Numbered from the stretch's first letter, positions 48,839 to 62,230 are shown. The stretch is DNA of 64,000 nucleotides from Camelus ferus (GCF_009834535.1 NC_045698.1:29698001-29762000), one strand, 5' to 3'. Made by a program: numbers and translations. The notes: generated by a model not told the origin, from the letters alone.

Positions 48839-51800
48839 CTCCGGAGAGCATTTTCTATCAAAGCTGTTAACAGTGAATTGTCCACGTCCAAGCTCTTACA
48901 CCTCCGGTGATCTTGAAGAGTGAAGAGGTGTATTGTAAACTTCCTGGCGATGAGACATGACATTGATCTGCCCCGTGTTTACTGTCTATCTGGCAGCCAG
49001 TCAGTCTGGCCAAATAGACTTCTTTCTATTTATAATATAGGCTTAAAGGAGGCGGGGGGATGCCCCCGTGTCATAGAAGGCGCACACTTCACAGCCCTTG
49101 AGTCACGTACCTGAAAGTAGACCAGACGCTCTTGGAGGCCCTAAGGCATAGAAATGAATCTCCGTTGAGTGCTGCTGCTCCTAAAGAAACTGCAATGTCA
49201 GCATTTATCAACTATCCGTCCTCTACAGGCCCTACGTCCTGGAAAGACTAGGGTGCCTGCCTCTGTCCACAATTCAAATCCAGATTTTCCTCCCTCTCTC
49301 TTTTGCACTGTGTAGTTACACCTGCCCTACTGGTGCCCTCCTTGTGTGTTCAGTCAGCCTGGCTTAGCATTTATGAAGAAGCTTGGAAGGCAAACGCAGG
49401 CCTTGGAGATGTCAAGCAGGGTTCCAGTCCTTACTCAGGAGTAGTCTGTCTGAGCTTGTGGGATTCCCTTAGCCACTCCAAGCTCCTCTCAACTTTCATT
49501 TTTTTTCAATTTTAAAATGAGGCTCTCTTGCAGACCATGAATGAGTTGATAAGGTACTTGGCACCCTTATTCATTGGGCAGATTTCAAAGGGGGCATTGA
49601 CTCTGCCAGGCCCTGGACTAGTTGTCGAGGAAACAGTAGTGAGGGGCACCACTACTGCCCCCCATTTGCTTGCAGCTGAAAGAGGAGAAGGGCAAGGGGC
49701 CCGGTGTCATCTGGAAGGAGAAGTCCCCTGTGCAAGGCAGCTGTTCAAGACATCATCCAGCATGGGACTTGGCTTATCGCAAAAGCCTGGGATGGTGTGC
49801 CAGTGGGAACTGGCCCATGGGGATTAAATGACTGCCCGCGTCGCCCCCTCAGGCAGTGCTGGGCTGCATCCAGGGCACAGGACTGCTGACTCCTTCTCCA
49901 GCAGTGCTTTTCCCAGGAGAGCACATTGCCTCACTCTCGGTTTCCCAACTTGTTTACCCTAAAAGAACAACTTCACCATGTTGCACTTGGTAAAAGAAAA
50001 ATAGAATTTCTTCCAATTTTTGCTCAATATGTTATCTGGGTCTGTTAGTAACTCCTTTAGTGCTGTGAGTTCTTGTACTCATCACTGTAGATTATACTCT
50101 TGTCAAGACACTGCATTTTTTTTATTTGAAGACTTCATTCTATGAGATCTTGTCTTCAACAACTTATCCATTTCTTGTTAAATTAGGTAAAAAACAAAGC
50201 CTATATTTCTGAGAATTCTTAAAGAAACCCCAGCATCTTCAACTTTAATTCTATGGGATCTATCACGGTAATAAAATATTAGATCTTTTAAAAAGGGCCA
50301 CTTGTGGAAAGACAGAATCTAGCAGAAATCCAGTAAGAGGTTTGCTTTCTCAAGTTCTATTTTGGAAGAAAATGACTTGGTAGGTCTAATGTGATGAGAT
50401 AGAAAAACGAACATTGTTCAAATAAGCATCCACCTGTGCAACTGATTTTTCTCTTCCATGTAAGAGTTACACCTGCACCGTGAATCAGTGGATGCACCAG
50501 GTAAATCAGGCTGGGTGAGTCTGATGGCCATCCACAGGTCCAGTTGTTGTGGTGAGATGTCACAATGTGCCGCTAGGTCCTACTGAATCCAAACAGAATG
50601 CCCCATGCACCAGGAACGGTCCACTCCCAACACAATACCCATGCACACAGAGACAGTCGAAGCACTAAGCATTTGATGTTGAAATGCCCCTTATTCTTTG
50701 ACTCCTCTGGAAAGGAAGACGTGGAGAACTCAGCTGCCTTCTCTGTGTTCTCACTTGAGAAGTCCTGGCTTCAAACCAAGCCTCTTCTTGTTGGGATTCA
50801 TCTACCCAATTTTCAGCTCTAGAAATACATGACCCAGAAATGAATGATCTGGACCCAGTAATAACAGCACAGAATTTTCTTATGGTAGGTAAGACAGTCA
50901 TTAGGGGGAAAATCAGCCTCTTGATTAATTCCCACACAATTGGACCTCCATGTAGAAGGTATGCAATTTGCCTGTACTCCTAAGCAGAAATGAGCAGCTT
51001 TCCTGCCTTATCCTGGGAGATGCGCACATTACGTTATAGGCCTCTTTATCACTAGTATCAGAAAGTCTAAAAACAGCTAGTATTTACTATGCAGAGACCA
51101 TGCCAGATGCTTTGAATAAATATCTCATTTAAATGCCTCCTAATTTTCCTATGAAAAAAGGAATAATATTATCATGTCCATGTTAGAGGTGAGCAAACTG
51201 AGGTTTGGTAAAGTCAAGATTTCAACTTTACTCCAGAACTCATGCCCTTAAACCCTAAGCTCACCCTAAGTGAAGTACAAGGATATTGTCTGTGGTGTAG
51301 TCTGAAGGTAATTGCTATAGAAAAGTCTATCTATCAGTGATTATTAACTCAATGCAATCATATGACAATGAAACATGGCATCAAATGAAATCAAGTGTCC
51401 AAGGTTCACCCAGTAACACTGTCTCTTACCTCTTATATCAATGTCGACAGATTGCTTAATCTTTGTACGTGTTACCTCACATGGAGCCTGGATAGCATCA
51501 TTTACTCCCTCAGGGGGTGGGGTGCTGAGTCCAGCTCACACTGGCTCGTAAATCCACGTACAGTGACGGGAGTGATTCAGTGAATCCATGTTAAGTGACT
51601 GAGTAGCTTAAAATCAGCCTCAGTGGAGGTATTCATACCACAGAAATCAACAAATGCTACAAATCATGACCTTTTTTAAAATTATTATTCCAGAGAGACA
51701 TTTGTTAAATGTTAGTTCACCACTGGCTATGACTCAGAGAGAGAGAGAGACACAGTGTGAATTGTCATACTTCTAAAGGTAAACAAAGGCACAGTGGGTA

Positions 51801-52049
51801 CTGTAAAAAAAAACAAACAAACAAACAAAAAACTTGGTACAAATATAATCTTACCTGTCTTCAGTGAATCTTTTATCCCCATCCTGCATTTGGGAGGTTC
51901 TCTGAAAACATAACCATGATGAGTTTATATGTCACTATAAATATACGGTTTTATTTTGTGTATTGTTTTTGTTATGAAAACAGATATGCTTCTGGAATGT
52001 TTAATGTTTCTGAATGCAGGTACAAACTTACAAACCATAAAATGTACAT

Positions 52050-52490
52050 GTCAGTCTTGTTAAGTAGAAAAAATACAATGCAAGCCACATATGTAATTCA
52101 AAATTCTCTACTAATCACAAGTTTAAAAAATAAAAAGAAATGGGGGATATTAGTTTTTAATATTTTCCAAAATATTATTTTAACAGCCAGTCAGCATAAA
52201 CATTATTGAAATATTTTGCATCCTTTTTTGTACCAAGCCTTCAAAATCCATGACCATTTTACACTTATAGCTCATCTCAATGTAGATGCTGACTTTTCAT
52301 CAGAAATACTTGACCTGTATTTAGATTTTATAAAATGTACAGCTGAAAAATAGATTTACATACTAAACCTGTTCTGAATATTAAAATTAAGTAAAATTTA
52401 GCTTATTTAATTCCTCGGTTGCATTGACCACATTTCAAGTGCTCAGGAATCACAAGTGACTGGCAGTAGCTGAACCTGGTCAGCACAGGT
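52050..52490. mobile_element. MER3/MER33/Charlie-like hAT element
   Basis: AATGCAAGCCACATATGTAATTCAAAATTCTCTA...ACACTTATAGCTCATCTCAAT...GACCACATTTCAAGTGCTCAG...GTGACTGGCAGTAGCT. Confidence 0.7.
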
Positions 52491-54538
52491 GCACACCATA
52501 TATGCTCCATTTATTTTATGAAAATGAAGACCTACTATAAATGCTACACCCAAAGGCCTTTTTCCCCTCCTCCCTGACACATTTAAACGACTTTCCCATC
52601 CTTTATTCCCCACTGGATCCCTGAGAGGAGAGAAATCTCAGGGAGAGTAGTTACAGCAATATCTGTGAATTTTCTCTCCCTCACTGACGAGAAGGAAATA
52701 AATTGACCTAAGGCATTTTGGATCTGACCACTTTTCAAATGACCACCACCATAAAAGTGGATAATAACCTGAACTCCAGCTGCAAACCGCTCACATAAAT
52801 GCCCAGAACTAATTAGAATGGATCATTTCAAATACCCCTTTGAATGAGCCTCTTCCTCTTTCAGTGCTGAGTTCTTAGAAAAGCTTCACCAGGAAATCAA
52901 TGAGACTCAGTTTTGCAATATTTTATTAGTAATCAGCATCAGAAGGTACACATTTATTAGGTTATCTACCTGGCGGCTTGGTTGTGCAATGTAAACAGTT
53001 TTGCTTCTGTTGGAATTTTTTAATCTGCTCTTGCTTTTTCGATATCAGAATAGCTCGATCAGTGAAACAAAAATTTGGGAAAACTTGTTATTTTTCATCA
53101 GTTTGCTGACATTTTGGTGTTCTTCCTGATTTGGCCTTAACAGGACTACAAGCTCCTAAATCTATTATTTTACTCCTATTTATTGAAATGCTAACATCAT
53201 AATTCTAAGGATGCTTTTGACCATACTCCTTTTAAATACTTGATGCAAATCAGAAGGTGTAGGTGACAAATTACTAACCAGATATGAGTACATTTTTTCC
53301 TATATGGCTTTATATACTTTTTAATACTATTTTAAATAAAGATGATCTGGGGATTCTTCATGAAATAGTCTTGTCTTCACATTAAATGGGAATAACACTC
53401 ATCATTTCAATGTAGGTATCTCTGAAATCCAGTAACGATTTCTCTCTCAATGACTTTTATTGCTTTTGTACTCTCCATTTTGCCTGTACCATGCTAGCAG
53501 GCACTAATAGTTCAACAAATACTTGCTAATTTTAAATTAAATATAATAGAACCAATTGCTTTCTTTGGAGTTGGTCATAACATGTTGGAAAAAATATCAT
53601 ATTTAATCTCCATCTCTTCTCATGTCTATGGACTGTTTGATAGCCAAGGAACAAAAGTATATCCATCACTGGCCTAACTGTAATTTGGAGACCTCCTCTA
53701 CTGGGCCATCTACAGAATTAAAACTCATGCCAGCTGGATCACAGGGCTTTTCAACTGGCTCTCCCTTGAGGAAGGAGGAGCAGGCAAGATGCTCAGGCAC
53801 TGAGCTCAGAAATACTGTGAGTTCCATTTGCAAGAATAGAAGCTCCTCCTCCCCCCACTCCTGTGAAAATCTTGCCCTGTGCCAATAGCCAAAGAATGTG
53901 TAAATATTAGAAATTTAGAGGGATTTTCCCTAGGAAAATATTACGAACTCTAAAAACCCAATAGGCTAAGGTACAATTTAATAGACTCCTCTGAACAGTG
54001 TCTGCCTCTATTTAGATTATTGTATTGGGTAAAGGAAATCGGGGTTTTCTCCTGCTCACATCTGGCACATCGTTGATAGGTTAACATTCCAAGCTTTGTG
54101 TGTTGGCACTCTGTCTTCTCCCAGGGACATTTCATCTCCTCTAGAACCTGATAGAGGATCCTCTCCTCTAGAAGCTGCCATGCAGAGCTCTGCATAGTTG
54201 AAGGGAAGCTTACGGTCAAACCAGCCCATGCCAAGGGACATTCTGTTCATGTGATGGCACTAAAGAGAGTTCACTATGGGGGGAGGGTACAAGGAGTGGG
54301 GAGAGTGCAAAGGGGGCTACTTTCAGAGCCATCCCTACCGAGCCAGCAACAGTGGAAGGGGAACGTTGGTCTCTAATGGAACAATCAGCTCTTCCTAAAT
54401 CCAGCCACGTTACTGCATCCTCTTCCCTGCTCCTCCCCTGGTTAGAGCCTTTGAGTTGGGCCCCTCTGCTCTGCTCCCACTGGCAGTGAACTGTTCTCTT
54501 CTCCTATGTGGGATGATGTCTGTTTTAAAGATCTCGCA

Positions 54539-54621
54539 GGGAGAGGGTATAGCTCAGTGGTAGAGCGCATGCACCAGGTCCTGGGTTCAATCCCCAGCAC
54601 CTCCATTTAAAAAAAAAAAAA
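54539..54621 (+). mobile_element. Camelid tRNA-derived SINE (vic-1 type) with small internal deletion
   Basis: GAGGGTATAGCTCAGTGGTAGAGCGCATGCACCAGGTCCTGGGTTCAATCCCCAGCACCTCCA plus poly(A). Lacks the TTAGCATGC segment present in the other two copies. Confidence 0.88.
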
Positions 54622-56814
54622 TCCCCTTTTCTGCTCTAGGAGGTACAAACAGATTTTAGGTTAACTTTTCTTTGAGGATTCTCCTTTGTTTTGTGAGATA
54701 GAACATGGTCCGTGGAGACATGTTTGGCTCATAAAGGAACTGTTGGGATAATCAGTTCCTTATCTGAAGAAGCGAAGTTCATTTGGAGGCAGCAGCTTTC
54801 AAAAGTTTGGGGGTCAGAGGGGGTCAACTCCAATGCCTCTGTAGCAGAATTCACTTGTTTATAGCATCTACCACTTCTCCTGAGGATGTTTAAAGAGGTG
54901 ACTTCCAAACCAGAGAAAGCGTCCTTCTGAGAAATGCAAAACTTTGCATATCCTTCTTCAGCTGGGAATATAACACGCTGCCTGGGAACTAGGATTCCCT
55001 GTTACAACCTGACAGCAAAAGTGCGTGCGCCAGGGCAGGCTTCTTTCCCTGACATGCAGTGTGTTGCAGGAGGGCCAGTAAAATTAGCGCTGTAGACAGG
55101 GCCCATTTCCTCAATGCTTTTCCTCCCTAAAAAATTACTTTTAAAATAAAATTTAAAAGGAACTATCTAGTTACCAACAGGATGACATTTTCAGCCCATA
55201 ACATATCTGTTTTTAGCCTTTTTTTGTACTTCTGCTGAAGATCTCAAACTATGATTACAGTGGCCTGTTTACCTAGGAGTAAAGGACCTTGGGAGAGATG
55301 CTCAGTGAAAGCCAATGAGGATGATGTAAGGCCACTAGCCCAGAACCTTCCAGGTTAGGAATTGAAAACATCGGTGTTTTAATAACTACAACTCGCTTTT
55401 GTCTGAACTCTCACAGTTGGCAAGGTGTCACACGCAGCCCGATCAGTGACTGTGCGGCAGCGTATGGGGGCAACCTTAGGCATGTTGGAAGTTCAGACAC
55501 AGGGAGAGATTCTGTTCACATAGAGATATGTTTTCTTAGAATTTAAGAACACACAATTATATAGAACAAAAAAAGATGGGTCATCCACTGCCTAGAAATG
55601 ACAGAGCGTCTGAGGTTTCCTGCCTATCCAGAGTGAAGCAGCCGTCACCAGGGACCATGCCATTCCATCACTCGTGAAAACAAACATTCATGTTCATCAT
55701 TTCAGCCTGATTAGGGGAAATGGAAGGGCTGTTTCATTATTATCAAGAATGTCAAGTAATAAAAATGAGGCAATAAAGGCACTCACTGGTGGAGTTATGA
55801 TGTGTGATGATCCGATCTGCCTGAGTGACTTGTAAGTACAGTAACTTTATGGAACTATTACGGCTAAGCTGTAAAGCAGTTGGCCTTAGTCATCGGATCC
55901 AGCAACAACTCTCCAAAGGGCAGTCTGCGGAGTGCATGTTAAAATAGCCCAAACTTGTCTCTCTAGAGATCCAGGAGGTGGACACCTGGTGTATTTATTC
56001 CCAAGAATCTTATTTCCTGCAGGTAAAGGTGTGTGCTGACTGAGGCACGGTGATCTGTTTCTCCGTTCACCAGACCGAAGGGTTCAAGGTGTGGCCACAC
56101 TTGGGATTCCAAATGGCTAAGCCGGCCACAGACGGACCCTTCTTAGAGCCTGAGGTGTTCACATTCCTGGGCCTTTCAGAGACCACATTCCTCCTGAAAC
56201 TAAAACCCATGAGGACACCAGGGAGGCCACCTGGGAAGCACTGCTGTTATGTTATCTTCTGCTTCTCCCCTCCTTGCCGCTGCCTTCTAGTTAAACCTCC
56301 TTGGGATGGTTCCTTAGCACAGTGCTTTGTTGATTGAGCTCTTTTGTTCGCTGGGAAACACACGGGAGAAGTTTTACTCTTACTAAAGAGGGTTGTCTTA
56401 GTTTTCCTTTTATGGCCTGTCCAGCTCCAGGCACCTTGCGTGGTGATACTGCTGAGTTTCTATTTCCACATCAAATGAACGTGAGCCACACTGTTATTGA
56501 GGCAAGGCGTGGGGGTCATTTGCCATGAGGTGGTTCTGTGGCTATCCACCGGCATGGGAAAATCTCTAGGCTCCATGTTATTTCCTGAGGCGAGCACCCA
56601 CTGGAAGTAGAATTTATTCCAACCTGCTGTTTGTTCTCCTGAAAACTGTGACACTTGGAGACTCTGGGGCAGCGAAAGACTGAGGGGGATTCCTCCTGGA
56701 GCTAATGTGCCTGTCAGCTCACTCACAATTTAGCCGGTCTTTAAACAGCTTTTAGTGAACATAGTCTGCTTTTAATTGCTCAGCTTTATCTTATTCCTTT
56801 TTGTGTGATTGCAG

Positions 56815-56895
56815 GTCCTACAGGAATGGATCTCTGGCAGCTGCTATTGACCTTGGCAGTGGCAGGCTCAGGTGATGCTTTTCCTGGGAGTGAAG
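56815..56895 (+). other. GHR: GHR exon 2 (81 nt) including the 11-nt common 5'UTR segment and splice sites
   Basis: Pyrimidine-rich tract ending GCAG| (AG at 56813-56814), then GTCCTACAGGA-ATG, matching the conserved GTCCTACAGG(T)ATG start of GHR exon 2. Donor G|GTAAGT at 56895/56896. Confidence 0.94.
56826..56895 (+). CDS. GHR: GHR first coding exon (exon 2): signal peptide plus first mature residues; phase-1 intron follows
   Basis: ATG GAT CTC TGG CAG CTG CTA TTG ACC TTG GCA GTG GCA GGC TCA GGT GAT GCT TTT CCT GGG AGT GAA G = MDLWQLLLTLAVAGSGDAFPGSE + 1 nt. Matches the mammalian GHR N-terminus (MDLWQLLLTLA[L/V]AGSSDAFSGSE). 70 coding nt, followed by donor GTAAGT at 56896. Confidence 0.97.
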
Positions 56896-58688
56896 GTAAG
56901 TTCTGCTTTTCCATTCCCACCCCCGGTGTTTCGAAACCACCCTGAACTTTATTAAATCTAAGTTCTTTGGATGATGTAACTAAAAGATGTAAGTTCCAAG
57001 TAGCAGCCGATAGGAAACCTGTTGTAGCTTTAAACTCGTTAAGCCGGGAGGATGTTGCTGGGGGTGTTTTAGGAGGAAGACAGTAGTCAGCTTCGGCATC
57101 TGATGCTTTCACATCAAAAATACATGCTGTAAATCATGCTGAGGACACTTCTGCTGAAGGCAAGCCAGGTCTCTTGCTCCTCGGGCTCTGGGAGAGAGAA
57201 TGAAATTGCACTGAAGGGTTATTAACCTACTGATCACTCAGCTCATCTGTGACTAAGGGTATCATAGCCGACTTCCATAGCTCAGAATTAAGGCCCCTTA
57301 ATCATATTCTCTGTGAGCAGAAATTGCAAATTTCAAATAAGTGTCACTTCTCACTCTCTGCATGCTTACCTTTGAAGGAAGAAACACTTGAAGTAGTTGA
57401 ATAAGATACTCAGAAGTCACGAGCTTGCTTGTCCGTCTGTCATTCTCCCTCCCTTTTTATACCTTCTTCTACTGGGAAAGTCACAGTATATTCAAACTTA
57501 CATCTCCTGACAGAAATAACTGAAACAAAAGAGTCATGAAAGGGCACGAAAAGGAGGGTTTTTCTGTCCAGAAAGAAAACTGTGCTCATTTTAAAGGGGT
57601 GAGGGACTTTTTAAAATATCATCTTGAGTACTTGATTTTTTTTTGTCTTTCTTGAACTTCAACCGAGGAAAGAAATCATCCATTTCTCCTAGTCTCTGAC
57701 CACAGTCAGTTGTTGCTTTAAAAGTAACTAACTCCCCTGCTCACTGGGCAACTCATATTGGAAAACACAGTTTAACAGCAGAAGTAGGGCCTGAAAATGT
57801 CCTCTCTGACCTTCCAGCCAAAAATAAACCCATAGTAGTGAGCTGCTGAGGGCGACCAGAGTAACTCAGAAAACAAGAAGGGTAAAATATGTTATTTTAT
57901 CTCTTACAACAATTTTAAAATATTTATAGAAAAGAAGTCATAATTGTTTGAAATATTTTTGGGTCTCTCTGGTGTTATAATGTCAACATTATGCAAGTCA
58001 AACACGAAGGGAGTCGCGGGCTCTGTGTCAGCAGCTTTTCCCAGGGCTGGTTTTAGACCCTGGTTCTGAGCCAAAGAATTACAGCTGAGATCCTGCAGTG
58101 TTCCAAAGTCATGGTGGTTTAATCTCTACTTTCTTCATTAAGGTGACTTTCACTCCACTGGGCAAGGCTTGAGGAATTTTAAAAACGTGTGAACTGAACA
58201 AGTATGGCAAAGGAAATCTTTAAAGAAAATTTAAAATGTATCCCCCGCTGGAAGACTGGAGCTCAAGTTACATGTTTTTGACCTGGAGAGTCTGCAAAGA
58301 GCATCTATTTCAATGCTCTGACATTTTAGTAAACCTTTAACTTTGGAGAGGAAATGACACCACTAGCTGGTTTTATGTTTGTTTGCTTTTTGTTTTGCTT
58401 TTGGTAGTTTTTTATTTGCTTTGTTTGTTTAGGGGAAGCAAAGCATAAGAAAAGGCAATGGTTTACAGTAAATACAAGTCACATCGTTTAACAGTACTTA
58501 CACATACTAAGTAATTTAGCAAAGAAAAAAGTCTTCTTTTTTTACTTTTTTCTCAGTGGGCTAACCAAAATTCCTTTGTAATATGGGGCTGCTCCAGATT
58601 CTTATCTTAAAATGGCCTAGGGATTGTTAAGGATGGGTTATGATGTTTGTGTAAGAAGATGTAGATGAGCATGATTGAACATGAGTAC

Positions 58689-58707
58689 GTGTGTGTGTGT
58701 GTGTGTG
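58689..58707. repeat. (GT)n microsatellite
   Basis: GTGTGTGTGTGTGTGTGTG in intron 2. Confidence 0.9.
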
Positions 58708-60491
58708 AGTTCTGGACATTTATCTGACGGTTTCAGCCAAAATGATCTTACCACATGACATGGATTGAATCTCAGATGATATTCATGGGCCATGTGTTTC
58801 TTTTTCTGCCAGGTCTGGATTGTAGCCAAATCATTTTATTTTTATTTTCTCTCCCATTGTATAAGGCAGACTGAAAATATAGATGAGGACTTTAAAAAAA
58901 AAAGGGGGGGGAGGAGGATACTACTGTAGTTTCACCAGCCATTCATTTGAGTTCAGTTTGGTCCGTGGAAGAGATGGTGCTGCTGAGTCAGGGATGTGGG
59001 AAGCGTCACCTGGAGAAAAGTTGCCCAGGAGCTGGAAGATGAGTGACCTGCGTGCCTGGGGAAGGCTGGCACTCAAGGCTTTGAGCAGGGTTTTTCTTGC
59101 TTGGGCAGATGAAGAATTAAAAACATCCTGGCCCTGAGAGGCTTTTTTTATTGAGTCTAATTGCCCTGTTGGAAATGTAATGAGAACTGAGCATCGAACA
59201 GCGCCATCACTGTATCAGCTAAATGTGATAGATGCTCTCTTTGTCTTTCGTCCTTGATGTTAGTCTTTACATCTGCTCCTCAAGGCAGGTTACGTCCTCT
59301 CAGGGAGAATTTCTTATTCCAAAATCAGGAATGGCCAACAGTGCTTCATCTTTAGAGGGCTTCGCAGGGTCGACTAGTTGCAGCAAACCTGCTGCTTCCG
59401 CTGATTTTAATGAGAAATGTGCATGAAGACTTAGTGGGTGCAAATACTCTTCCGAGCAGCGCCTGTTACATGTTAGGTTGTGTCTCTCCTGTTTCTCTTG
59501 GTCCCCATCTGAGCATCCTCTTTGGTCTCAGCAGCCTAAGGTGGGAGCAGGCAGGCCCCTGGCCTGAGAAAGTCCAGTCTAGTTGGGATGCGAGGAGCTC
59601 CTAGAAACTGATAAGAGGCTGTGGAGCTTTAAGGTCTAGATTGTGTGATGAATACAAACAGCGAAGATGCCCTGAAAAAGAATCAGTCCAGGTGGACTGG
59701 AATAGTTAATTCAGCAAATTCAATATGCAGGTATTTCTTTAGAGCTTTCCATCTTTAAAGATTGAATGTAGGGCTGTGAGGAATACAGTGATTCCTCCCT
59801 CAGGGGAGGTACCGTGAGTTAAGAGATGAGGCGTACGCACAAAGAACCACTGTATGAGGCAGTGTGTATTAACTCGAGAAATAGTGGCCTGAACTGTACC
59901 TCTCAGGGGAATGAAGAGAGGAGGGTCCCCGCAGGCTGTCAGGAATGAGAACTTCATGAAAAGGGTTGGTGCTGTTTCAGCAGAAATCAGAATTCTGGGT
60001 TGCAACTTGAAAAGATTGAGAAGAGCAGGGGGCAGCTACAGGAATAGCTCGTGAGTAAAGGAGCAGCGTAAACGGAGCGCACAGGTGTAGGTATGAGGTG
60101 TACGTGGAGAACAAGCCATCCAGTTACCAGGCTTACACCGCGGGACACTGTGCTAGGCAGTGAGTAGCTCTATTTCACACATCTTTGTGCAACAAACGTT
60201 TTCTGAGCGCTTACTGTGTGGAAGGCGTAGGCTTAACTTGGCCAGCATGCATGGTACACGAGCACTATGTTTGTAATTATTCCCTTTGGACATAAACTTA
60301 GCTTAGTGAATTTGAGTTAAATTATGGGCAGCCTAGAGAGGGCGAAAGCTTCATGGAAAAGGCAGGTCTTGCTGGGCCTTGAAGGATGGTAGTAATTGGA
60401 GAGGAAGAGATGAGAGGAAGCTTATACCGTATCCAGCAAGTCATAGTTAAAGTTGTGGGCCAGGTGGAAAGTGCTCATGCTGGTGCATTAT

Positions 60492-60588
60492 ATGTGTGTG
60501 TGTATAATATTTAGCTATAGCATATATAATAATTACATGTAATATATATGTGAGTATGTGTGTGTGTGTATATATATATATATATGTG

Positions 60589-60622
<34 letters not shown>
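60492..60622. repeat. Compound (TG)n/(TA)n microsatellite
   Basis: Alternating TG and TA runs, read directly. Confidence 0.93.
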
Positions 60623-60623
<1 letters not shown>

Positions 60624-61122
60624 GGCCTAGCTTGCAGGCAAAGCACATAATTATTCTAAATATCATTCTATACCAGTCAAGATAAAAATCTTACACTCAG
60701 AGTGCGATGCCATGTCCTAAAGGAACCAGGATCCCAAAAATAATGTTCTCCGTATATCTTTGAACATTTTTCATAAATGTATACAAGCAGACACAGCACT
60801 TATGTAAAAGAGAATACACCTCTGTTCCCATTGCTAACAGCTAAGAAATAATGACACAGTGGCAGGAACATTTTACATTTTTAAATAAACCTTACCCCTT
60901 TGTACCCCCTTGCAGATGAAGCTTTACAGAACCCTGAGAGCTTCAAGACATACAGGCCAAATTTCAAGCAAGTATTAGAGTCATGGCTGTAGTTGGTGAA
61001 CAGTAAAGGAGGTACCTGCTAAAAAAAAAAAAAGGTTTCAAAAAGGAGCAATTCAAAGCTTTCCTTGAATTCACACTGGAAGTGAGGGGAAAGACCATAG
61101 AGCTTTCAATTGTTGCTGTCTT

Positions 61123-61678
61123 TAAAAAAAAATTACTGATGTGTGGTTGATTTACAATGTTAGTTTCAGCTGTACAGCAAAGCAATTCAGTTATACATAT
61201 ATATACATATATCTTTTTCAGATTCTTTTCCATTATATGTTATTATAAGATACTGAAATATAGTTTGCTGTACAGTAGGACCTTGTTTATCTATTTTAGA
61301 TATAGTAGTGTGTCTCTATTAATCCCAAACTCCTAATTTATCCCTTCCCTGCCCTTTCCTCTTTGGTAATCATAGTTTGTTTTCTATGTCCTTGAGTCTA
61401 TTTTTGGTTTGTAAATAAAATTTGTATCTTTTTTTTTTTAGATTCCACATGTAAGTGATATCATGTGGTATTTGTCTTTCTCTGTCTGACTTACTTCACT
61501 TAATATGATCATCTCTAAGACCATCCATGTTGCTGCAAATGGCGTTATTTTATTCTTTTTGTGGCAGAGTAGTATTCCATTGTGTATATAGACCACATCT
61601 TCTTTATCTAGTCATCTGTCAAGGACATTTTGTCATCTGCCAAGACATTCCATGTCTTGACTATTGTATATAGTGCTG
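61123..61678 (-). mobile_element. L1 3' end (ORF2 C-terminus plus 3'UTR) in intron 2
   Basis: Antisense L1 including CTTCACTTAATATGATCATCTCTAAGACCATCCATGTTGCTGCAAATGGC. TSD ATTGTTGCTGTCTT (61109-61122) / ATTGCTGCTATCTT (61679-61692). Confidence 0.9.
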
Positions 61679-61899
61679 ATTGCTGCTATCTTCATCAAGA
61701 GGCAAGAAGAAATTTTAATCTCTTCTAGTGCCACATACATCAGCAGCCCTACGTCACCTGGTCCTCCTGGTGTCACATACAGCTGTGACACTGGAGTTCA
61801 GCAGGTTGTAGCAGGCCAGGTGACAGCCCTTCTGATCTCATCTCTCTGGATAGTGCTAATGGAAAATGTGCATAGACCTTTGTGGATGATGACACAAAA

Positions 61900-62230
61900 C
61901 AGTCAGCAAGTTTATACTGAGCACTTTTATGGATTCAAGGATGCATTTTCAGTTTGTTTCTGCTCTTAAGGGGCTCATGGTCCTTAAGGAGCAGGAGAAG
62001 GCAGGCAAATAAGCATAATTTATTCAGGGTCCTCTGAGGTTATTAAAGAGCTTTAAGCAGGGAAATAATGAGACTGTTAGATTTTCATTTTCAAAATAAT
62101 ACTGGTAAGAGAATAAAAGTGAATTCGAGAGAGAAGAACGTGGTGGAAGGTGGTAATTAAAGGTTAGGAGAGAGGATGCAGGTGTGACAGTGGTGGATTA
62201 CAGACAGATGTTGAGGAGAACTTGGAGTCC
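61900..62230 (-). mobile_element. L2 fragment
   Basis: AAGTTTATACTGAGCACTT...GAGCTTTAAGCAGGGAAATAATGAG...AGATTTTCATTTTCAAAATAAT. Confidence 0.5.

Larger units (their letters stand above)
42364..56814 (+). other. GHR: GHR intron between exon 1A and exon 2
   Basis: GT at 42364-42365, AG at 56813-56814; repeat-rich, no supportable coding exon. Confidence 0.75.

Noticed and set aside
54539-54621. tRNA gene (tRNA-Ala-like A and B boxes)
   Set aside because: It has a poly(A) tail, an internal deletion and two diverged copies with TSDs elsewhere, so it is a tRNA-derived SINE rather than a tRNA gene.
56815-56825. Second AG (56822-56823) as a novel alternative acceptor
   Set aside because: GTCCTACAGG is the conserved start of mammalian GHR exon 2, and use of this AG would not alter the protein. 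There is no evidence of use from sequence alone.
61612-61650. Small duplication TCATCTGTCAAGGACATT / TCATCTGCCAAGACATT
   Set aside because: An ordinary slippage duplication inside a dead L1, with no functional implication.
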